DNA from: an uncultured Muribaculaceae bacterium
Lineage (GTDB): Bacteria; Pseudomonadota; Alphaproteobacteria; Rs-D84
Reading direction: 5' to 3'
DNA: 39,555 nucleotides
Assembly: GCA_964368385.1 (NCBI GenBank)
Contig: CAYJAG010000005.1
Location: 1-39,555 of the forward strand
The number at the start of each line of letters is the position of its first letter. Within the stretch, counting starts at the first letter, position 1. A program made the position numbers and the translations under genes. Below, in pieces: positions 26,673 through 33,519 of the stretch. The notes under the pieces are model-generated. The model saw only the letters and a program-made list of their open reading frames with translations, had not been told where the DNA came from and made no database searches.

Positions 26673-27386
26673 CTAGCCGACAATTCCATCATTGATAGTA
26701 ATAATTCTATCGGCGCGTTTGGCCAGATTCATGTCATGAGTCACAAACAACATTGACATATGTGTCTGCTTGGTCAGCGAAAGAAGTAAATCAAAAACAT
26801 TCGTGGCATGCGCGGGATCAAGACTGCCTGTGGGTTCATCCGCCAGCAGGATTTCAGGATCATTTGCCAGCGCGCGCGCGACCGCGGTGCGTTGCTGTTC
26901 ACCACCAGACATCTCGGCAGGCCTGTGGTCGGCGCGATGTAAAACATTTGCAGCCTTTAACAACTTTTGTGCGCGAGTACAAGCGACGTCCTCATCAATT
27001 CCATTCGCCAGCATTGGCAACATCACATTTTCAAGTGCGGTAAAATCTTCCAACAAATTATGTCGCTGATAAACAAAACCCAATTTAGTGCGCCGCATTG
27101 CGGTGCGCTGGTCTTCGGACATTTTATTTGTTGGAATGCCGGCAATTACAATTTGCCCACCGGTGGGTTTTTCCAGCAATCCCACACATTGCAGTAAAGT
27201 TGATTTACCACATCCAGATGGCCCAACCAGCGCGATAATTTCACCACGCAGCAAATCAAATCCGCCGCCACGCATGATATGCAAAGGCTGTCCGCCTTCG
27301 ATAAACGATTTTCTGATTCCAGCAACCGACAAGACCGAGGCGCGCTTTTTCACAGATGATAAAGATTTTAGTATTGATGCTGCCAT
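26673..27386 (-). CDS. lolD: Lipoprotein-releasing system ATP-binding protein LolD
   Basis: 237 aa. Walker A GPSGCGKSTLL, signature MSGGEQQR, Walker B ILLADEPTGSLD. It lies 1 nt downstream of a LolC/E-type permease gene. Confidence 0.85.
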   Translation of the reverse strand: MAASILKSLSSVKKRASVLSVAGIRKSFIEGGQPLHIMRGGGFDLLRGEIIALVGPSGCGKSTLLQCVGLLEKPTGGQIVIAGIPTNKMSEDQRTAMRRTKLGFVYQRHNLLEDFTALENVMLPMLANGIDEDVACTRAQKLLKAANVLHRADHRPAEMSGGEQQRTAVARALANDPEILLADEPTGSLDPAHATNVFDLLLSLTKQTHMSMLFVTHDMNLAKRADRIITINDGIVG

Positions 27387-27387
27387 T

Positions 27388-28641
27388 TTATTCGTTCCTT
27401 AAAACTTCCACGGGATCTGTTTTTGCCGCCTTCCATGCAGGGTAAAGCGTTGCCAAAAACGCCAATGCAATCGCAACAAATGCAATTCCTGCAACATCCC
27501 AGAATTCTATTTTTGACGGCAGCTCGGATAGAAAATATAAATCCGCCGGGAACAGGTCGCGACCGGTCGCCCATTGGAAAAACTGCCGTATTGGTTCAAT
27601 ATATTTTGCAACCAAGATCCCCAGTATTGTTCCAAAAGCTGCGCCGATTATCCCGATACTGCTGCCGCACAGGATAAAGATTTTCATCATGCTGCGACGG
27701 GACACACCGAATGTGCGCAATACAGCAATGTCACGCGATTTGTCTTTTACCAGCATTACAAGAGACGACACAATGTTAAACGCTGCAACAATCACGATTA
27801 AAAGCAAAATCAAAAACATAACATTTGATTCAACCTGCAGGGCGCCGACAAATCCACGATTTAGATCCCGCCAATCACGCACAATAAATCCCGTGGGCAG
27901 ACTGGCGGCCAATGCATCGCGCACCTGGGTTGTTTTGTTTGGGTCGGTTAAAAATAAATCTATGTGCGAAACTCCATCAGATGAGTCCAAAAACTTTTGC
28001 GCAGTTTCAAGCGGCATGAAAATATATCCGGAATCATATTCATACATTCCAGCAAAAAAAGTAGTCGCCACAGGATAAGATTGAATCCGTGGTATTGTCC
28101 CAAATGCAGTTGCTGTGCCGCCATTTGCGCTGATAAGCGTTGCCGGATCATTTTGGGTTAATCTTAAATTTCTGGACAAGGCCGCGCCCATTACCAGTTG
28201 TCCATCTTTCACATCGGATATAGGTGTGCCGTAAATTTTCGTACCAGTTTGGAATTTATGCTGTAAATCGCTCATTCTGATTCCGCGAACCATGGCGCCG
28301 GAATTGTTTCCATTTGCGGAAATCATGACTTGGCCTTCCAAAACTGGAACTATGTCTGTTGTTGCGGCTGCGACAACTTTATTGTCCTTCATCTTTTCAA
28401 TCAAGTAATCAAAGTCTTTGATTGCGCCGTCCTGATGATAAACAACAACATGACCATTCATACCAACGATACGCGAAAGTAAAGTATCATGAAAACCACC
28501 CATAACCGACATAACAACGATAAGCGTTGCAACGCCCAATGCAATCCCCAGCAAAGATACCCAAGAAACCACGCTGCCGAAACCACGCCCCTTGGCGCGC
28601 AGATACCTGAATGCAATTTTCTTTTCAAGACGATTAAACAT
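27388..28641 (-). CDS. lolC: Lipoprotein-releasing system permease, LolC/LolE family (single copy)
   Basis: 417 aa. KIAFRYLRAKGRGFGSVVSWVSLLGIALGVATLIVVMSVMGGF is the LolC/E N-terminus. A large periplasmic domain follows, then the FtsX-like C-terminal 3 TM segments. Confidence 0.85.
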   Translation of the reverse strand: MFNRLEKKIAFRYLRAKGRGFGSVVSWVSLLGIALGVATLIVVMSVMGGFHDTLLSRIVGMNGHVVVYHQDGAIKDFDYLIEKMKDNKVVAAATTDIVPVLEGQVMISANGNNSGAMVRGIRMSDLQHKFQTGTKIYGTPISDVKDGQLVMGAALSRNLRLTQNDPATLISANGGTATAFGTIPRIQSYPVATTFFAGMYEYDSGYIFMPLETAQKFLDSSDGVSHIDLFLTDPNKTTQVRDALAASLPTGFIVRDWRDLNRGFVGALQVESNVMFLILLLIVIVAAFNIVSSLVMLVKDKSRDIAVLRTFGVSRRSMMKIFILCGSSIGIIGAAFGTILGILVAKYIEPIRQFFQWATGRDLFPADLYFLSELPSKIEFWDVAGIAFVAIALAFLATLYPAWKAAKTDPVEVLRNE

Positions 28642-28643
28642 TT

Positions 28644-29975
28644 TTATTCCTCTAGATACTCGCGCAGTTTATCACCGGAAATTGTCGGCGTTCTTGTTGC
28701 TTCGCCGGGCTCTACTATTGAAACGACGCGCGGGCTCATAAACACAACCAATTCCGCAAATGGATTTATTAATGTTTCAGGTTCGGTCACAAAGCTGTGT
28801 GTCGGAATTCCGATTATCACATAGTTGTCCCCCAAGCTGGTTGGAACATTAAAACTGGCCAATTCACCATCGCTGGTACGAAGTGTTATTTTGGCATCCA
28901 GTTTCATCATATCTGCATACTGACCATATTTTCCAGTTGCGCCAACAATAAGGTCCGTTTCTAATCTGTCTTCGCGTGAACATTGTCCGATATCAAACCG
29001 ACTTTGCCAGCCATTTGGTATCACAAATGTTCCCTGGGAAATTAAAACTACATTGGCTTGCTGTGATAAGAATGATTGCAATGTTTTTGTGTTTACCTCG
29101 GGCGACACTACCAGCAATCTGCCGACGACGCCAGGTATCGACATCTTTATATTATCATCCCCGAATGCAGGCAGCATGTTCATCCATACTATTGGATTAT
29201 CAGTCCGCGGATAAACGCGATACACATCCATGTCCCATGCCACCAGGAATTTTTTAGTGCCGACATCCGCAACGATTGCGCGAACTTCGCGTTCGGTCTG
29301 GTAATTTCCCTCGAATACCAGGGTTTTATCTTCCCAGTTAGTCAGCAGGTTGCGCAGCTCGGCCCCGCGCATCGCGTCAATCAATGCCATTATCATGTGT
29401 TGATCTTTTGGCATTTTCATCAACCATTTTCCGCGTGATGAAATCCGAATTTCTTTGGCATCGTCATCATAAGAATAATAAACTTTGCCCAATTTGCAGA
29501 TAAGTTCTACCGCGTCTTCCAATGTTCCAGATTTGATTTCTCCGCTGATTAGATCTGGCACGTTGTCCGATGCGACTACCTTTATCTTTGTGCCTTTCAA
29601 CAGGTTTTCCAAAACATCTGGGACATTCTTTTTCTTGAATGCAAAATCCTCGACGGCAAAATCAGGCAAGTTATCGCCTTTGTTTAATCGTACGATTTCC
29701 ACAGGCTGGGCCGGGATAACAGACATTATGTTTTGGTTGTCCCAATCAACCTTGCATCTTTTTGGAAGGTCTATGGCAAAACGACGCGCAGTGTCGGTTG
29801 TTAATCCAGCTTTGCGTGGGAATATGGGAACCGAGTACTCGTCCACAACCGTGTTTTCAACAATCTCTATCGTATCGTATTGTGTTTGATTTTGCTGTTG
29901 CATTTGTGTGCAACCAGCCAGCACAAGGCACAAGACAAAGGTCATAGATAATAAATTTTTCAATTTCATATTCAT
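28644..29975 (-). CDS. Lipoprotein with secretin-like architecture (N0-like domain, ring-building-like domain, secretin-like C-terminus); family assignment tentative
   Basis: ORF 28644..30005 trimmed to ATG 29975, which has AAGGAA 6 nt upstream. The signal and lipobox are MNMKLKNLLSMTFVLCLVLAGC. FAFKKKNVPDVLENLLKGTKIKVVASDNVPDLISGEIKSGTLEDAVELICKLGKVYYSYDDDAKEIRIS resembles a secretin N0 domain. The C-terminal ...LGDNYVIIGIP........FAELVVFMSPRVV resembles the secretin-domain end (dG.t.viGGl ... ELLIFITPRIV). Confidence 0.4.
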   Translation of the reverse strand: MNMKLKNLLSMTFVLCLVLAGCTQMQQQNQTQYDTIEIVENTVVDEYSVPIFPRKAGLTTDTARRFAIDLPKRCKVDWDNQNIMSVIPAQPVEIVRLNKGDNLPDFAVEDFAFKKKNVPDVLENLLKGTKIKVVASDNVPDLISGEIKSGTLEDAVELICKLGKVYYSYDDDAKEIRISSRGKWLMKMPKDQHMIMALIDAMRGAELRNLLTNWEDKTLVFEGNYQTEREVRAIVADVGTKKFLVAWDMDVYRVYPRTDNPIVWMNMLPAFGDDNIKMSIPGVVGRLLVVSPEVNTKTLQSFLSQQANVVLISQGTFVIPNGWQSRFDIGQCSREDRLETDLIVGATGKYGQYADMMKLDAKITLRTSDGELASFNVPTSLGDNYVIIGIPTHSFVTEPETLINPFAELVVFMSPRVVSIVEPGEATRTPTISGDKLREYLEE

Positions 29976-30024
29976 AGTTTGTTCCTTGTTTATGGGCAGC
30001 ACCATTAATAGGTTTTATGATATA

Positions 30025-30333
30025 TTAAATGTTCATAACCTTTTCGAATTCTTCCAAAGTCATTTCATATATTGGTTTGTTGCTGGGGGTTGTTAAATTT
30101 TTCATACCCTGAAATTCCGTGTTATATTTTTTTATTAAAGCCTTTAATTTAGCATCGCCGGTATTTAATTTTTCCCCATACGCATTCAGCATTTCCAATA
30201 TATCCGCAGCAAAGAATCTTCCTACATAGTTTTCTGGTGCGATACCGCCTTTTTGAGTGCGAACTGCCGCCGATAAAGTTTTTAATGCCTCATAAAAACC
30301 TGCTATTCGGATGTATCTTTCTTCAGCGGTCAT
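30025..30333 (-). CDS. Small helical hypothetical protein, first gene of the secretin-like/lolCD unit
   Basis: ORF 30025..30423 trimmed to ATG 30333, which is preceded by the strong SD GGAAGGAG. 102 aa (MTAEERYIRIAGFYEALKTL...), with no signal peptide. Same strand as the genes downstream. Confidence 0.5.
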   Translation of the reverse strand: MTAEERYIRIAGFYEALKTLSAAVRTQKGGIAPENYVGRFFAADILEMLNAYGEKLNTGDAKLKALIKKYNTEFQGMKNLTTPSNKPIYEMTLEEFEKVMNI

Positions 30334-30481
30334 CTGCTTCTCCTTCCTGGACTGCATTATAAACTTAAAACATTTGCTTTCGCAAGTCCAAAAGGATGAG
30401 GGATTGATAATAAAACGCCCCAAGTAAGGTGCAGATAAATTTAGATTGCCAAGAATTGTATTTTTGGTTTATAATTTGTTT

Positions 30482-30868
30482 GTGAAAAAAATATGTGCCT
30501 TATGCCTTGTTATGTACGCATTGTCAGGTTGCTCGTCTGCCAATCGGGGCTCTATTGACGATGCGACAGTTTTGAACTGGGAAAATGATGCCGTAACCAC
30601 CGAGCAATTTGTCCGCGATCATAAAAATTGTCTGGGGGTGACGCGCCCGGCCCATATGCCACGTTCCAGACTTGCAAAACTTATCAGCCCGAACCAGTCC
30701 GGATTAATGCCCGATTGGGATGGTCTGTGGGTTACATTCCAATCAAATGAAAGTCCTGATACGGGTCAGCGCTCGCTGATGTCTGTGCCACCAAATACCA
30801 GTGCCCGGTCGGTCGGGTCATACCGCAGATGCATGATGAGACGCGGTTATTTATTAAGAGCTTATTAA
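30482..30868 (+). CDS. Small lipoprotein, function unknown
   Basis: ORF 30446..30868. GTG 30482 gives (M)KKICALCLVMYALSGC, a signal with the lipobox LSGC. The TTG 30446 start cannot be excluded. Confidence 0.5.
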   Translation: MKKICALCLVMYALSGCSSANRGSIDDATVLNWENDAVTTEQFVRDHKNCLGVTRPAHMPRSRLAKLISPNQSGLMPDWDGLWVTFQSNESPDTGQRSLMSVPPNTSARSVGSYRRCMMRRGYLLRAY

Positions 30869-30931
30869 GCAAGTATAAACAGGGTGGTATAATTTTATGC
30901 TTATCCACTTATACACTTAACCAATTTTTTG

Positions 30932-30940
30932 TGTTATAAT
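30932..30940 (+). promoter_or_regulatory. Putative extended -10 promoter element (TGTTATAAT) immediately upstream of ftsQ
   Basis: TG-T-TATAAT at 30932-30940, 8 nt before the ftsQ ATG (30949). No Shine-Dalgarno is visible between them. Pattern only. Confidence 0.3.
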
Positions 30941-30948
30941 CATCACCG

Positions 30949-31635
30949 ATGAAAAACAAATTCCTGTTTTGGCTGTCATTAGCCGTAGCGGTGTTGCTGG
31001 CGGTTTATCTTGGCGTGCGCATCAGCATGGTTCTGATGGGCGCGGGCGGATCGCTATCATCGATCAAGAAAATTTCTGTACATTCCAGCAATGGCCAGGT
31101 TGCGGGTCTTATTTCGCGCCTGGGGATTGAACCAGGCGTTCGGCATGTTGATTTGGATCAGGCTTTGACGCGCATTGCGGCCGATCCAGATGTGGCAAGT
31201 GCTGGCGTGCGCCGTATGCCCAATGGTGAAATAAAAGTCCGCGCAAAAATGAGGGTTGTTATCGCCAGTTGGACCGATGGACAAAATTATTATCCTTTGG
31301 ACGATACGGGCGCGCCGATAAATCGCCCATCGTCAGAACGGCCTGCAAACACTTTGATTTTTTCTGGTCAAGTCCCAGGCGACATTTCATCAGCCATAGC
31401 AGCGTTAAAGCAGACCCCTGGGCTGTTTTATCGCACAGACAGAATAGAGTTTGTAGAGGGCAGACGTTGGGACATTTTTTTGCTTAACGGGATTCGTATT
31501 ATGTTGCCCGAAGAAAATTTTGCCATCGCTGCTGAAAAAATAGAAAAGCTGAACAAGCAAAATATGATTTTAGACAGACAAATAACACTTTTGGATTTGC
31601 GTGATCCAGCGCGCGTGCTTGTAAAATTAAAATGA
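30949..31635 (+). CDS. ftsQ: Cell-division protein FtsQ
   Basis: 228 aa with an N-terminal TM segment (FLFWLSLAVAVLLAVYLGV). It has a POTRA-like segment and the ...RWDIFLLNGIRIMLPEEN... motif typical of FtsQ. It overlaps ftsA by 4 nt. Confidence 0.8.
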   Translation: MKNKFLFWLSLAVAVLLAVYLGVRISMVLMGAGGSLSSIKKISVHSSNGQVAGLISRLGIEPGVRHVDLDQALTRIAADPDVASAGVRRMPNGEIKVRAKMRVVIASWTDGQNYYPLDDTGAPINRPSSERPANTLIFSGQVPGDISSAIAALKQTPGLFYRTDRIEFVEGRRWDIFLLNGIRIMLPEENFAIAAEKIEKLNKQNMILDRQITLLDLRDPARVLVKLK

Positions 31636-33407
31636 ATCTGACAGATGGTGCATTTTTATGTTTAGACATTGGATCGTCCGGCGTGCATGCGGTCGCTGTA
31701 CGTGTCAGCTTTGGCCGTATCAAAGCGTCCGCAAATGCATTTGCGGAATCCAAAGATGCAATCTGGGCATTAAAATCAGCTGTAGATAGTTTAGAAGAAC
31801 AAATTGGCTCGCGCTTTGACTCTGCATTCGTCACGGGAAATTTTGGTGCGATAAAATCAGAGATTTTTTCGCGAAAAACAGCATGGGCAACCGAGCATAA
31901 AATCACCCCACAAGATGTTTTAGAGCAAGTATCAGACTCAACCGAAGATGGATTTTCAATTTTACATATAATTCCGCTGCGCTATGATATGTCGGGATTT
32001 CACAACATTGCAAATGTGGTTGGACAAACTGATTGCGCGTTGCTTTCGGTGTTTCATTCAATTTCTTATTCTGATGAAGGATTGCTGCGAGCAAAGTCCG
32101 CTTTGCATGGCGCGCATTTAGAGTCGGATGGATTTTTTGATCCATCATTTATTTTAGCGGCCAATGTGCGTGAGTCTGCCCAGGCATCTATTTTTATAGA
32201 TTTTGGCGCCCAGTTCACCAGTGTTTCACTTTGGACGCCCCGGGGTCCAATGCTGATAGCAAAAGTGCCTTTGGGTGGCGCGCGAATTACAAAAGAAATC
32301 GCCAAAGCTTTCGGCTTGCCTGTTGCCGAGGCAGAACGACTGAAAATTTCCGGCATGACATTGATGCACACGGATATGGACAGATTTACACCCAGTGATG
32401 CAAAGCATGACATTACCAGATTTGAATTGAATGAAGTGACCGGCGCGGTGTTTTCTGAAATCTTGAGTCAAGTGCATGATGCATTGGACGTTGGTATACA
32501 AAAATACAATCCGGCAAAACTTTATATCAGTGGTGGTGGCGCGCAAATTTCCGGATTGGACGCGGCATTGGAAAAAGAATTTTCCATGCCAGTAAAAAAT
32601 CTAGGCACGTTCGGAATTGCCAACGCGTTGGCAGAATTTGTCTGGAATACCGAATCATCTCGAATCTCTAGTTATCTGGCGCGCAGAAAAAAATGGGACA
32701 AGTTTTTCGGATTCTTGTTTGCGCCTTTGCGTTGGCGGTTGAAAACTGGGCGCAAGCGTTTGGTGCCGATTATGCCCAGCACTCTTGTGTTGGATATGCG
32801 CAGTGGGGCGACCTATGCAAAATTTGCATCGGCGAACATTAGTATGATTCATGTTGATGTTATGGATGGATTTTATGTTGAAAAAATTGCAAGCGGAATT
32901 GACGAGCTTCGCTTTATCCGCGCACACACAAAATCGCATCTGCATGTTCATCTGATGACAGAAAATCCGGTCAGTTGGGCCGCGGAAGCAATAGAAGCCG
33001 GTGCAGATACGATAATTGTTTCATCTGGAACTAATGGAGTAGTGCGCGCATTGCGTGAAATTCGCGCCATGGGTCGCCGCGCAGGAATTGCGTTGCATCC
33101 AAATACTCCACTGGATGTCATCGCGCCCGTGCTGCGCGAAATTGACGAAGTTATGGTTATGTCGGTTGTTCCAGGGGCATCAGGACAATGTTTTATTGAT
33201 ACTTCACTTTCGCGTATTACGGCGCTTTACAATACCAGACGTCGACACGGATTAAATTTCAAGATTTCGGTTGATGGTGGAATAAATCCCGAAACAGCAA
33301 AAAAATGCTGGGCTGCAGGCGCAGATTTACTGGTCGCAGGAAGTTTTCTGGCGTCTGCGCCTGACTTTGCCGGGGCTGTTCAAGAATTAATCGGCAAGCG
33401 CGGCTGA
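31632..33407 (+). CDS. ftsA: FtsA fused in frame to a ribulose-phosphate 3-epimerase-like domain
   Basis: 591 aa. Residues 1 to about 345 are actin-fold FtsA (CLDIGSSGVHAV..., IFIDFGAQFTSVSL, LYISGGGAQISGLDAALEKEFSMPVKNLG). KKWDKFFGFLFAPLRWRL resembles the FtsA amphipathic membrane-targeting helix. No stop codon follows it, and an Rpe-like domain comes next. Confidence 0.75.
   Translation: MNLTDGAFLCLDIGSSGVHAVAVRVSFGRIKASANAFAESKDAIWALKSAVDSLEEQIGSRFDSAFVTGNFGAIKSEIFSRKTAWATEHKITPQDVLEQVSDSTEDGFSILHIIPLRYDMSGFHNIANVVGQTDCALLSVFHSISYSDEGLLRAKSALHGAHLESDGFFDPSFILAANVRESAQASIFIDFGAQFTSVSLWTPRGPMLIAKVPLGGARITKEIAKAFGLPVAEAERLKISGMTLMHTDMDRFTPSDAKHDITRFELNEVTGAVFSEILSQVHDALDVGIQKYNPAKLYISGGGAQISGLDAALEKEFSMPVKNLGTFGIANALAEFVWNTESSRISSYLARRKKWDKFFGFLFAPLRWRLKTGRKRLVPIMPSTLVLDMRSGATYAKFASANISMIHVDVMDGFYVEKIASGIDELRFIRAHTKSHLHVHLMTENPVSWAAEAIEAGADTIIVSSGTNGVVRALREIRAMGRRAGIALHPNTPLDVIAPVLREIDEVMVMSVVPGASGQCFIDTSLSRITALYNTRRRHGLNFKISVDGGINPETAKKCWAAGADLLVAGSFLASAPDFAGAVQELIGKRG
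32772..33407 (+). other. rpe: Rpe-like (ribulose-phosphate 3-epimerase) domain inside the ftsA reading frame, beginning at an in-frame ATG
   Basis: MPSTLVLDM..., IHVDVMDGFYV, HVHLM, HPNTP, VMSVVPGASGQCF, ISVDGGIN and GADLLVAGSFL are colinear with the Rpe motifs (APSILSAD, HxDVMDGHFVPN, DVHLM, NPxTP, MSVNPGFGGQxF, VDGG, GADxxVAGSAxF). Confidence 0.7.
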
Positions 33408-33519
33408 CGCATTTAATACTTGCCTGGTTGCCGCTTTAAAAAATCGCGAACTATACGCGTTTTTTTATTTGTTATGTTTTTTCTTTTGTGATAAAATGAA
33501 AGCATAAAATGGTGGGAAT

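Noticed and set aside
30446-30475. TTGCCA-N18-TATAAT promoter-like pattern upstream of the small lipoprotein gene
   Set aside because: It would place the TSS on or after the GTG 30482 start, and it overlaps the alternative TTG 30446 start. The start codon is unresolved, so no call was made.
33441-33466. Possible terminator after ftsA-rpe (CGCG-N7-CGCG followed by TTTTTTT)
   Set aside because: The stem is only 4 bp with a 7-nt loop, too weak to call. It may still contribute to termination.
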